Source: Nitrospirales bacterium
Lineage (GTDB): Bacteria > Nitrospirota > Nitrospiria > Nitrospirales > UBA8639
Length of the DNA: 64,000 bases
Direction of reading: 5' to 3'
Assembly: GCA_965223295.1 (NCBI GenBank)
Contig: CBDCWC010000002.1
Span: 1,536,001-1,600,000, forward strand
The notes beneath the pieces are model-generated. The model made no database searches, had not been told where the DNA came from, and saw only the letters and a list, made by a program, of their open reading frames with translations. A program made the position numbers and the translations under genes. How positions within the stretch are numbered: position 1 is the first letter of the stretch; every line of letters begins with the position of its first letter. Of this stretch, positions 19,463 through 29,271 are shown piece after piece.

Positions 19463-20866
19463 ATGACAAGAATTCCCTCTCAAATTTATCTTTTATATCC
19501 GCACCATTTAGTTTTTCGGTTTACAAGATGTTTGACGCTGGTCATCTTATTTGGGATCTTCGCCTGGTCCTTTCCACAGATGGCCGTGGCCGAAGAACCC
19601 TGGGTTTTATCTAACGATCAACGTCGCGCTTTTCTGCACTATTACTCCCCCATCCTTCTCAAACGAGGTGACGAGAACGGAAAAAAAGGCAAACTGCGCG
19701 GGCACGATTGGATCACGAATTTCAATTATGACCATGACGGTAACTTTGCTAACAATCTAAAAAATTGGAAGAAGAAAAAACATAAATTTATTGACCAGGA
19801 AGCCCACCAGGATTGGCAGATCCGTCCCACCTTATATACCGCAGCTATTGAGTTCATGAGTCACGGGCGAAAAAGCCTGATTTTGCTTTACCATGTCTAT
19901 CATGCCATGCAGGGATGTCTGACTCCTGCCTGTAAGAATGAAGACATCCATGATTGGGAACGTATCGAAATTCGACTAGACAATATTGAACCGAATGGAC
20001 CGAATCATGGAGAAACTATTCGCTACTATGTATTGACTGCACATTCTGAGCACACAGGGCGTTTGGGAAGCCAAGAAGATTTACACTTTGTGGATAATTT
20101 CGAAACGCCACAAACAATCGCAGGCAAACATCTACTTATCTGGCAGGCGAAGTGGCGCGGAGGAATTGGGGCTCGCAAAGGGGAACTCCGGTTTGTGGAA
20201 GATGCATTGGATGCCTTTTACAAAAAAAAGGCGAAAGTTAACGTGAGCGGCTATCCCCTACCAAAACCCTTTCATTACATATTCGTCGATCAGGATGCAG
20301 GCGGAGCGCAGGACTTCCTCAAAGCCTTGCCCCTCACCCAAGAAAATGCCAAGGCCTTAGCATCTGGGAAGGATGACGATGAGGTTGTCCGTACAAAAAA
20401 AACCAAACGTATCACCTACGAGCTTCAAGATCTGGCCGATGTGTTTCCAACCCATTGGGTGCATGCGAATGGCCCTGATACCAATATCAATTGGGCCAGG
20501 AAGACGACCTCAATTGCTCTCGAACACGAACTCACCTCGACCATTACCGGCACATCGATTACCGTTCCTGTGGGGATTCAAAAATTTTTAAGACAGTCCA
20601 GAATAGGAGACGATTTAGGGATTCGCAAAGGATATCCTCAGAAGCATTGGTTTTGGGGAACCTATGTTTGGGGGAAAAAGAACCCTCTGAAAAAGAAATC
20701 ATTAACCGACAAAGCCTACAACGCCCGCAATCAAGTATGGCCCCAACATGATTATTTTGCCCATGTTGGAGGCGGGATTGAAACCGGAGACTGGCTTCCT
20801 AAAGGATGGCATCTGGCAGAAAAAGGTGGGTTTGATGGACGATGGACGCCCTTATTTCCCGATTAA
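19463..20866 (+). CDS. hypothetical exported protein with an HDWE motif
   Basis: 467-aa ORF with a hydrophobic leader ending in an AVA cleavage-like site, a GGAA RBS and a Trp/His-rich sequence. Confidence 0.75.
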   Translation: MTRIPSQIYLLYPHHLVFRFTRCLTLVILFGIFAWSFPQMAVAEEPWVLSNDQRRAFLHYYSPILLKRGDENGKKGKLRGHDWITNFNYDHDGNFANNLKNWKKKKHKFIDQEAHQDWQIRPTLYTAAIEFMSHGRKSLILLYHVYHAMQGCLTPACKNEDIHDWERIEIRLDNIEPNGPNHGETIRYYVLTAHSEHTGRLGSQEDLHFVDNFETPQTIAGKHLLIWQAKWRGGIGARKGELRFVEDALDAFYKKKAKVNVSGYPLPKPFHYIFVDQDAGGAQDFLKALPLTQENAKALASGKDDDEVVRTKKTKRITYELQDLADVFPTHWVHANGPDTNINWARKTTSIALEHELTSTITGTSITVPVGIQKFLRQSRIGDDLGIRKGYPQKHWFWGTYVWGKKNPLKKKSLTDKAYNARNQVWPQHDYFAHVGGGIETGDWLPKGWHLAEKGGFDGRWTPLFPD

Positions 20867-21099
20867 GACCAGATCTACTTAGCGTGGAACGATCATAGAA
20901 TATACATCTCACACGAAGCGCTTTCACTAAAGACATTTCGTGTGCACCAACCTTTGAGATCTATCTGTTTCATCTTGTGCGGCAGAATCAGAAATTTTGG
21001 CTGAATGAACGATCATATTACAAGAAGCCACTCGCTTATGAACCGCTTCAGAGCGCAAGACTCTTATGGCAGACCAAATCATCACCAGGAAATTCGACC

Positions 21100-23097
21100 T
21101 TAAATACCCACCTGAAGAAGTTTTTGACGAAGGACACGAAGGGCATCTCGCAACTTTGCGGCTCGTTCAAATTCTAGGGCTTTCGCTGCAACCTTCATCT
21201 CTTTTTCTAACGCCACGATTCGCTTCTCAACATTCCCTTCAACCTCATAAATTTCTTCCGTTTCGGCCGCAACTGGAAGCTCTGCATAGTCGGCTTCAGC
21301 CAGTTGATACTCCAAATCATGGATACGTTTCTTGATCGTCGCTGGCGTAATGCCATGCTCCTTGTTGTAGGCCAGCTGAATGGTGCGTCGCCGGCCCGTT
21401 TCTTCTAACGTCATCTGCATGGAATTGGTAATCGTATCGCCATAGAGAATGACGGTTCCATCACTGTTGCGTGCCGCACGGCCAGAGGTTTGCACCAACG
21501 CTCGATAGCCGCGCAAAAACCCTTCTTTGTCGGCATCCAACACCGCCACTAATCCGACTTCCGGCAGGTCCAATCCCTCGCGTAATAAATTGATCCCCAC
21601 TAACACATCAAATACACCACGGCGTAAATCACGAATAATGTCAGCCCGCTCTAAGGTCTTAATATCTGAATGGAGATAACGGACCTTTAATCCTTGCTCG
21701 TAATAATATTCAGTCAAGTCTTCCGCCATCCGTTTGGTCAACGTCGTCACTAAGATGCGCTGCCCTGTTTCAACCCGCTTGCGAATTTCTCCGAGCAAAT
21801 GTTCCACTTGCCCTTTTGCAGGCTTCACTTCCATGACCGGATCAATCAACCCCGTCGGGCGGATGATTTGTTCAACTGGTGACGACCCCGCTTGCTTTAA
21901 TTCATAAGGCCCCGGTGTGGCTGACACATACACCACTTGATTCATAAACCGTTCAAACTCGGGGAACTTTAACGGTCGATTGTCCATGGCAGAGGGAAGG
22001 CGAAACCCATAGTCAACCAAGGTCTTTTTACGGGAATGATCGCCCTCATACATCCCACCGAATTGCGGAACGGTGGCATGTGATTCATCCACAATCATCA
22101 AATAATCCTTGGGAAAATAGTCGAGCAAAGTCGGCGGCGGCTCGCCTGCCTGCCGCCCACTCAAATGACGAGAATAGTTTTCGATTCCATGGCAATAGCC
22201 CATCGTCCGAATCATTTCAAGATCAAACTTGGTGCGTTGTTCAATACGTTGCGCTTCCAACAACTGATTCGTCTTCCGAAAATAATCAAGACGCTCTTCC
22301 AACTCCTCTTCAATGCCCGTGATGGCTTGTTCATAGCGATCTGGAGCAATGACATAATGGCTCTTTGGATAAATCGCAATTTTAGGAAGCTTGCGTAACG
22401 ACGTACCGGTGAGCGGATCAATTTCGTACAAGGCCTCGACTTCATCGCCAAACATTTCCACACGCACGGTATTAGACTCAGACGAGGCAGGATAGATTTC
22501 AATCACATCACCGCGTGCCCGGAACATCCCACGCTGCAGTTCCAGGTCGTTACGCGAATATTGAATCTCGACTAATTTCGCAAGAATCTTGTCTCGCCGA
22601 ATTTCCATGCCTGGCTCCAGATACAACAACATGTCATGATAGACCTCCGGCGAACCGAGGCCATAGATACACGACACCGACGCCACAATAATGATATCAT
22701 TGCGCTGTAGCAGAGTCGTGGTGGCCGCATGACGCATTTGATCAATCGTGTCATTAATAGCGGAATCTTTCGCAATATAGGTATCAGTCGTAGGAATGTA
22801 TGCCTCCGGCTGGTAGTAATCGTAGTAACTCACAAAATATTCCACGGCGTTGTCAGGGAAAAATGCTTTAAATTCCTGGTACAGCTGCGCCGCCAGGGTT
22901 TTGTTATGCACTACCACCAACGTGGGTCGCTGCACATTGGCAATCACATTTGCCATGGTAAACGTCTTGCCCGACCCCGTCACTCCCAGCAAGACCTGGT
23001 GTTTCAGACCTTGCTCTAATCCGTCGGTCAGCGCAGCAATAGCTTTACCCTGATCACCTTTTGGCACATAGTCAGATTGAAGAGAAAAAGTGCTCAT
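21100..23097 (-). CDS. uvrB: excinuclease ABC subunit B
   Basis: Motifs [23 protein letters not shown] and GRAARN, with a C-terminal UVR domain. Confidence 0.98.
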   Translation of the reverse strand: MSTFSLQSDYVPKGDQGKAIAALTDGLEQGLKHQVLLGVTGSGKTFTMANVIANVQRPTLVVVHNKTLAAQLYQEFKAFFPDNAVEYFVSYYDYYQPEAYIPTTDTYIAKDSAINDTIDQMRHAATTTLLQRNDIIIVASVSCIYGLGSPEVYHDMLLYLEPGMEIRRDKILAKLVEIQYSRNDLELQRGMFRARGDVIEIYPASSESNTVRVEMFGDEVEALYEIDPLTGTSLRKLPKIAIYPKSHYVIAPDRYEQAITGIEEELEERLDYFRKTNQLLEAQRIEQRTKFDLEMIRTMGYCHGIENYSRHLSGRQAGEPPPTLLDYFPKDYLMIVDESHATVPQFGGMYEGDHSRKKTLVDYGFRLPSAMDNRPLKFPEFERFMNQVVYVSATPGPYELKQAGSSPVEQIIRPTGLIDPVMEVKPAKGQVEHLLGEIRKRVETGQRILVTTLTKRMAEDLTEYYYEQGLKVRYLHSDIKTLERADIIRDLRRGVFDVLVGINLLREGLDLPEVGLVAVLDADKEGFLRGYRALVQTSGRAARNSDGTVILYGDTITNSMQMTLEETGRRRTIQLAYNKEHGITPATIKKRIHDLEYQLAEADYAELPVAAETEEIYEVEGNVEKRIVALEKEMKVAAKALEFERAAKLRDALRVLRQKLLQVGI

Positions 23098-23168
23098 AAA
23101 AATCCTGAAGGCAATGTACCATAGCCCAAGACCTTAGGACATGCTACAGGCTATTTAGGGTCACTTAA

Positions 23169-23245
23169 GGGGTCAGACTCGATTTAATTTTGAGTAATTT
23201 TCTGTAAGAGCTAATCGCATCGATCGTTAAATCGAATCTGACCCC
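23169..23245. repeat. GGGGTCAGACTCGA family inverted pair with a 39-nt spacer, locus 2
   Basis: GGGGTCAGACTCGATTTAA (23169-23187) and TTAAATCGAATCTGACCCC (23227-23245). Confidence 0.85.
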
Positions 23246-23307
23246 ATTATAATAAAATTGATGCTATTTAATTGACATCATGATACCTACTTAGTAGCAT
23301 AAAAAGC

Positions 23308-23556
23308 ATGAGAACGACACTTACCCTAGACGATGATGTATCAGCCAAACTCAGAAGCTTGTCCAAACGAACTGGGAAATCGTTCAAAGAAACGGTCAAT
23401 GAAACGATTCGCTGTGGATTAACCGTCATGCCAACTTCTCAACAGCCTCCATCCTTCCAAGTTGTTACGCGTAATTTAGGAAATATCCAACCGGGCTTTA
23501 ACCTAGACAATATCTCCGATGTCCTCGAACAAGCAGAAGGCCCTCAGCATCAGTGA
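23308..23556 (+). CDS. VapB-type ribbon-helix-helix antitoxin
   Basis: MRTTLTLDDDV...KETVNETIRCGL. Overlaps the downstream PIN gene (GTGA). Confidence 0.85.
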   Translation: MRTTLTLDDDVSAKLRSLSKRTGKSFKETVNETIRCGLTVMPTSQQPPSFQVVTRNLGNIQPGFNLDNISDVLEQAEGPQHQ

Positions 23557-23990
23557 TTCTGATCGACGCAAATCTACTGCTTTATGCGTATCATCCAGAG
23601 GCCGTCCAGCATGAACGAAGCCGGAGATGGCTTGAAGACTGCTTGAACGGTTCTCAGTTGGTTCGATTGACCTGGTTAACGGTATGGGCCTTTCTCAGGA
23701 TATCCACTAACCCTCGGGTATTTGAATTCCCTTTTTCCATCGACGAGACGGAGGCTATTGTGAACACATGGCTGGGACATCCCCTTGTAGGCATCCTTGA
23801 ACCAGGCGAGCAGCATTGGACTATCCTTCAAACCTGCATGGGAAAAGGCCAAGCGAGCGGACCACTGATGATGGATGCAGCATTAGCAGCCATTGCTCTG
23901 GAACACGGGGCAGTCCTCCATACCACTGACCAAGATTTTTCCCGATTTCCCAATCTGAAATGGATCAATCCGTTACTGACCAACACATAA
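23553..23990 (+). CDS. VapC-type PIN-domain toxin
   Basis: Motifs ILIDANLLLYA, FLRISTNPR, DAALAAIALEHG and TTDQDFSRF. Confidence 0.9.
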   Translation: MILIDANLLLYAYHPEAVQHERSRRWLEDCLNGSQLVRLTWLTVWAFLRISTNPRVFEFPFSIDETEAIVNTWLGHPLVGILEPGEQHWTILQTCMGKGQASGPLMMDAALAAIALEHGAVLHTTDQDFSRFPNLKWINPLLTNT

Positions 23991-24020
23991 AAGCATGATC
24001 GCTTTACATGCCTTTAAATA

Positions 24021-24040
24021 GGGGTCAGACTCGAATTAAT
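24021..24040 (+). repeat. GGGGTCAGACTCGA family half-site, locus 3
   Basis: GGGGTCAGACTCGAATTAAT with no adjacent inverted partner. Confidence 0.85.
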
Positions 24041-24108
24041 TTAGAGCCCTTTGTCTTTGCATCGGTAAAGATTCCTGGAAATTCTCTCTACCACCTGCAG
24101 CATTTTTT

Positions 24109-25788
24109 CTAGAACAGACCGACGATGTTCCCACCGCCATCGACTCCAATGGCTTCTGCGGCGGGCACACGTGGCAGACCCGGCATGGTCATAATATCTC
24201 CGGTAATAGCCACGACGAATTCTGCACCCATGGCTAGCCGTACTTCTCGGACAGGTATGCTGAAGCCACTTGGCGCCCCCTTCAGAGAAGGATTCGTTGA
24301 AAAACTGTACTGAGTCTTGGCCATACACACAGGGAAATGTCCATACCCATGTTTTTCTAGTTCGGTCAGCCGTGCTTGAACAGTTCGTGGAATCTCCACA
24401 TCATCCGCACGATAAATTTCTCGCGCCACAATGCGCATTTTTTCGGCCAGTGGAAGGTCATCGGAATAGAGGGGACCAAACTTTGACGAATTAGAATCAG
24501 CAATCTCTCGAACGGCATTCGCCAAATTTGCAGCACCTTCCCCGCCCTTCGCCCAATGATTAGAGACCACCATCTGGACACCGAGCTCTTGGCACGACCG
24601 GCCCACAAGATCTAATTCGGCTGGTGTATCTTGCGTGAATTGGTTAATGGCCACAACGGCCGGCACTCCAAATTTCTTGACGTTTTCCAGGTGCCGCAGT
24701 AAGTTCGGCAATCCCTCCTTCAGCGCACAAAGATCTTCTTTTCCCAGGTCTTCTTCTTTAGCCCCACCATGCAGTTTAAGAGCTTTAACCGTGGCGACAA
24801 CTACGACACAAGACGGGCTCAGACCTGCCTTTCTGCATTTAATATTGAAAAATTTTTCTGCGCCCAAATCGGCCCCAAATCCTGCTTCTGTGACCACATA
24901 GTCAGTTAGCTTCAACGCAAGTTTTGTGGCGACAATGGAATTACAACCATGAGCGATGTTTCCAAACGGCCCACCATGCACCAATGCTGGATTGTGTTCC
25001 AATGTCTGTACAAGGTTGGGATTGAACGCATCTTTGAGTAATGCCGTCATGGCTCCTGCAGCTTTGATATCACGTGCAAAAACCATATCTTTTTCAGCCG
25101 TTCGCCCGACTTTAATATTCCCTAGCCGCCGCTCTAAATCTTGTACATCCGAGGCCAAACAGAAAATCGCCATAACTTCCGAAGCCGCCGTGATATCAAA
25201 ACGGCCTTCACGTGCGTAACCATTGGCTTTGCCACCCAATCCCGTCACAATGGAACGAAGGGAGCGATCATTCACATCTTGCACCCGCCCCCATGTCACT
25301 CGCCGCGGATCAATGTGTGGTTTGTGCCCCCAATGAAGATGGTTGGAGACCATCGCCGCCAGTAAATTATGCGCGGACGTGATCGCATGAAAATCTCCCG
25401 TGAAATGCAAATTAATATCTGTCATCGGGGCAACTTGCGCATAGCCCCCTCCACAGGCCCCGCCCTTCATGCCGAAACATGGGCCGAGACTTGGCTCCCG
25501 GATGGCAACAATAGTCTTGGCCCCGATATGATTTAAGCCATCGGCCAAACCAATAGACGTGGTCGTTTTACCTTCTCCAGCTTTTGTGGGAGAAATCGCG
25601 GTGACCAAAATGAGTTTGCCATTCGGTTTTTCTCCAAGAGCGTCCATCGTTGACAGTGGGATTTTGGCTTTGTGCTTACCATACAAATCCAGAATATCGG
25701 GATCTAAACCCAATTTGTTCTGTGCGACTTGGGCAATAGGCTGCAACGTTGCGCGACTTGCGATATCAAGATTGATTGAAGAACTCAT
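24109..25788 (-). CDS. fhs: formate--tetrahydrofolate ligase
   Basis: Motifs [43 protein letters not shown] and MAKTQYS. Confidence 0.97.
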   Translation of the reverse strand: MSSSINLDIASRATLQPIAQVAQNKLGLDPDILDLYGKHKAKIPLSTMDALGEKPNGKLILVTAISPTKAGEGKTTTSIGLADGLNHIGAKTIVAIREPSLGPCFGMKGGACGGGYAQVAPMTDINLHFTGDFHAITSAHNLLAAMVSNHLHWGHKPHIDPRRVTWGRVQDVNDRSLRSIVTGLGGKANGYAREGRFDITAASEVMAIFCLASDVQDLERRLGNIKVGRTAEKDMVFARDIKAAGAMTALLKDAFNPNLVQTLEHNPALVHGGPFGNIAHGCNSIVATKLALKLTDYVVTEAGFGADLGAEKFFNIKCRKAGLSPSCVVVVATVKALKLHGGAKEEDLGKEDLCALKEGLPNLLRHLENVKKFGVPAVVAINQFTQDTPAELDLVGRSCQELGVQMVVSNHWAKGGEGAANLANAVREIADSNSSKFGPLYSDDLPLAEKMRIVAREIYRADDVEIPRTVQARLTELEKHGYGHFPVCMAKTQYSFSTNPSLKGAPSGFSIPVREVRLAMGAEFVVAITGDIMTMPGLPRVPAAEAIGVDGGGNIVGLF

Positions 25789-25869
25789 GGATCACCTTTC
25801 ATAACCATAGGATCGTAGCAAAAAATTTGTCCCCTCTTCATCATGATTATTCCCTGTCACCCCCCTTCA

Positions 25870-26060
25870 GAGAGTGTTGAATAATGAAGATATCAAAGAC
25901 CATATTTTGGCAGGAAGCTCTTGGCGATCAACAGCATCGGGTCTGTCAAAAAAGTCCGTCCAGAAAGGCCACAGCCCTTTTTGCGCGCGGAGCGTACTGG
26001 CACTACGTGAGCACGGGAAAAGGGCGAGAACGCCGCTGGCGGATTTTTTCAACTGCTCCC
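25870..26060 (+). repeat. ~190-bp MITE-like repeat, copy A
   Basis: Ends GAGAGTGTTGAATAA ... TTTTTTCAACTGCTCCC, with a core GGAGCGTACTGG...TACGTGAGCAC...GCGAGAACGCCGCTG shared with three other loci. Confidence 0.85.
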
Positions 26061-26104
26061 TTCATGGCTTGGTATTCCCTCGTCGGTTCTGTTAAGAAGA
26101 AGAT

Positions 26105-27445
26105 ATGCGAAATTTTCTCACACTCATGAGTTTGACATGTTGTCTACTGCTCAGCCCTCCGATTCTGCTATCGGCCCAAGATTTTCAAATTGGACAAGCA
26201 GTCATCCTCCAAGCCAAGAAACCCATTGGCGTCCCACTGCATCGTGAACCCGTACCAAATTACCTCAGACATGTCCCGACCGGCACATCAGCCTCTATAC
26301 AGAATATCGCACAGGGTGGCCAGTGGCTCTTAATCAAATTGGCTTCAGGAGAAACTCACTGGGTTCATCAAAAATATCTGCAAGCACACAGCGTCAAGTC
26401 ATCCCCAATCACGCAAAACACACCGTCGACTCCCAGAATTCCATCTGTGGCATCTACAACCACTGTCGGAGGGGAAAAGAAGGTTTGGAAAAGTAAAGAT
26501 GAATGCCAAGCAGCCGTGAGCAGGGGCCTTCGTATGGTTCAAACATCATCGCCCATCTTACGAGTTGGGACCTGGAACCTACGCTGGTTTCCCACAGGAT
26601 CTGCCCCAGATGAGCATCAGGCTTCTCACCAGGCCACCGATCTGGATTGGCTGATTTGCGTCATTCGCTGGATGCAAATTGATATATTGGCCATACAAGA
26701 AAGCTTGGCTACGCCGGAAGCGACCCAAGCCTGGAAGACTCTCACAAAAGAGTTATCTGCTCAAGCAGGTGAAACCTGGCGATGGCACCGCCAACCCTGC
26801 GGACGACCGGACAATCACCATGTCGGTCTCTTGTGGAACGATTCACACGTGATGTTGTCAAAGTTTGCCAGTCTGTGGGAATTCAATGCCAAAGCCCAAT
26901 CAGCTAGTCAGCCCTGTACGTCCGGGCTCAGACCAGGACAGTATGCCTATGTCCAATCTCGCCAACAAAATGGCGCAGACTTTCATCTCATATCGGTTCA
27001 CTTGAAATCCGGCCCAACCGTGTTTGCCTTAGAGTCCAGGCAAAAAACCTTAAACCGCATTGATCGAGCGGTTGCGCCCTTACTGAAGAAAGACAAGGAT
27101 GTAGTGATTCTTGGAGATTTCAATACGATGGGCGCTGGAGACCGGCATTCACAAAAATCCGAACAGAAGTACCTTCGTCGGTTCGTGCGCAAAGAAAAGC
27201 CGGGCTTTACAGATCTTCCTGCGCACCCACAATGTTCCCATTATTTCCGTGGCCGCAGCGCGCAGTTAGATCATGTGCTAGTGGCCAATGAGATGAAAGA
27301 AATAACAGTAAAATCCATTAAAGTCAGCGGGTATTGCGCGCTGTCAAACTGCAACCGGATCAAGGGAAATTATCCTCTGGCCTATCGCCGTTTATCAGAC
27401 CATTGCCCTGTGGTACTCGAAATCGCCAACATCGACAAAGATTAA
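26105..27445 (+). CDS. exported endonuclease/exonuclease/phosphatase family protein with an N-terminal SH3-like domain
   Basis: Signal peptide, then motifs TWNLRWF, LAIQE, VHLKS, ILGDFN, LDHVL and SDHCPV. Confidence 0.85.
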   Translation: MRNFLTLMSLTCCLLLSPPILLSAQDFQIGQAVILQAKKPIGVPLHREPVPNYLRHVPTGTSASIQNIAQGGQWLLIKLASGETHWVHQKYLQAHSVKSSPITQNTPSTPRIPSVASTTTVGGEKKVWKSKDECQAAVSRGLRMVQTSSPILRVGTWNLRWFPTGSAPDEHQASHQATDLDWLICVIRWMQIDILAIQESLATPEATQAWKTLTKELSAQAGETWRWHRQPCGRPDNHHVGLLWNDSHVMLSKFASLWEFNAKAQSASQPCTSGLRPGQYAYVQSRQQNGADFHLISVHLKSGPTVFALESRQKTLNRIDRAVAPLLKKDKDVVILGDFNTMGAGDRHSQKSEQKYLRRFVRKEKPGFTDLPAHPQCSHYFRGRSAQLDHVLVANEMKEITVKSIKVSGYCALSNCNRIKGNYPLAYRRLSDHCPVVLEIANIDKD

Positions 27446-27459
27446 CTGTCTAGCGAATA

Positions 27460-27503
27460 AAAGGGGTCAGACTCGAATCAACTAATTCGAGTCTGACCCC
27501 TTT
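27460..27503. repeat. GGGGTCAGACTCGA family palindrome, locus 4
   Basis: AAAGGGGTCAGACTCGAAT-caacta-ATTCGAGTCTGACCCCTTT between convergent genes. Confidence 0.9.
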
Positions 27504-27527
27504 AATGTTTTTAGCAAGTCCTTCTTC

Positions 27528-28445
27528 CTACATTTTGCTGACCCGCCTGGCTTCGGCTTCTACAAATACTCGTTTGACGAATGGATGTTCGCTCTTAATA
27601 GCCTTGTCCAACTTGGCGACGCTTTGTTCGACCTCTTCGGCGGTGATACCATCTCGAAAATCTACACTGATATTGACCAAGATAAACTCAGGGCCCATGT
27701 GCATCGTCAGCACTTCGTTCACATGCATAATATTATGCCGTTGATTGGCTTTCTCTCGAATACTTTGCACAACTTCTCGATTTGCACTTTCTCCAATAAG
27801 CAACCCTTTGGTTTCATACGCCAACCAGACTGCCGTTCCTCCAAGTATCAATCCGATAATAACTGTGGCAATACCATCTAAATACACAATGCCTGTCAGT
27901 TGGCCCAACCAAATTCCCAAAAATGCCACAACCAAACCTAAGACCGCCGCGGAATCTTCAAACAAGACCATAAAAATGGTGGGGTCTTTCCCACGCTGCA
28001 CGGCCTGTACATAGGACCACTTGCCCTTGGACTGAGAAAATTCTCTGAAGGCAAAATACCACGCTCCTCCTTCAAAGATGAGGGCCAAGCCTAAAACGAT
28101 GTAGTTAATGAGAGGATTTTCAACTGGCTGGGGGTGAATAATGTGATGGACCCCTTCGTAGAGTGAGATCCCTGCCCCTAACGCAAAGATGAGAATCGCC
28201 ACCACAAAACTCCAAAAGTAGACTTCCTTGCCATGCCCAAAAGGGAACTTCTCATCCGGGGGCTTCTTGGCTTTATGCAACCCATATAATAGTAGCCCCT
28301 GGTTACCAGTATCGACTAGGGAATGGATTCCCTCCGCCATCATCGCGGAACTGCCAGTGAATGCTGACGCCGCAAATTTCGTCACAGCAATTAAGGCATT
28401 GCCAATCAGCGCCGCGTAGATAACTTTTTTAGAACCGGAGGCCAT
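27528..28445 (-). CDS. cation diffusion facilitator family transporter
   Basis: Motifs AEGIHSLVDTGNQ, PFGHGKE and FEDSAA, with a C-terminal dimerisation domain. Confidence 0.92.
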   Translation of the reverse strand: MASGSKKVIYAALIGNALIAVTKFAASAFTGSSAMMAEGIHSLVDTGNQGLLLYGLHKAKKPPDEKFPFGHGKEVYFWSFVVAILIFALGAGISLYEGVHHIIHPQPVENPLINYIVLGLALIFEGGAWYFAFREFSQSKGKWSYVQAVQRGKDPTIFMVLFEDSAAVLGLVVAFLGIWLGQLTGIVYLDGIATVIIGLILGGTAVWLAYETKGLLIGESANREVVQSIREKANQRHNIMHVNEVLTMHMGPEFILVNISVDFRDGITAEEVEQSVAKLDKAIKSEHPFVKRVFVEAEARRVSKM

Positions 28446-29271
28446 AGTGACTCATCTTTCAATCGAACCATCAGTCTCTAAGAAATCTTCTAAAGCTCTC
28501 AGAAACGTTTGAACTGTACCCAACAAAGTTTGAGCAACCTTCGTGGTAGCTCTCTCAAAAATACCTAATAATTAAATCTTAAGCATAAAAATCTATCGCC
28601 TGTGCTTCCAAACCATCTTAAGAATCATCCCACTACATGCTGACAATGGATACGATATTTTCACAATCATGCAGATGTCTTACCACTATAATTTGTCTGA
28701 TTAACACAGAATTGACACTAAATATAGTATTTATTCATAATATTCGCAAACACATTTTTGATTCGCATTTCCAATAAGACTATGACAAAATTTGAGTGCT
28801 AATAGCTAAGTTATAAAACTTAACATTAGTCCTGAATTAATTTAGAGGATAGAAGAAAAAAGTGCTGACAATCACTCACCCTATTATGACAATGGCATGT
28901 TCAGGAAAGGTGAAGAAAGGGTGTGAACCTTGGCTTGCTGACTCGAACTCTCAGTCTTTTCCTCAACCGGGATGAAAGACTCCAGTTACGAAAATAAGAA
29001 ACAACTTGAATGCCGCAAATAGTTACTCGCTTCTCGCAGTTTTTGAATGCAGTCAGGCCCTGAAATGTGTCAATATGTCCTCAACGAACCGTTGGCTTTG
29101 TCATATGCCCACAGGATGAATGTTTCAATCTTTTGAGAGAGGAAGCCAAACGACACCCCCTCCTTTTTAGTTATCATAAGAACTCTCTAGGAAAGGATAC
29201 AATACGTATCGAGAATCTATCTGATGAACCAAATTCAATTCAATACCTATTAGCTAAGTCCCAATACGATC

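Noticed and set aside
20887..21017. 11-bp direct repeat GAACGATCATA (20887 and 21007) as an island boundary
   Set aside because: Too short, unrelated to the tRNA 3' end, and compatible with chance.
25867..26129. Short ORFs at 25867-26129, 33488-33691, 35686-35877 and 36368-36817
   Set aside because: They largely translate MITE sequence (the same WRERRWR-like peptides recur) and are not independent genes.
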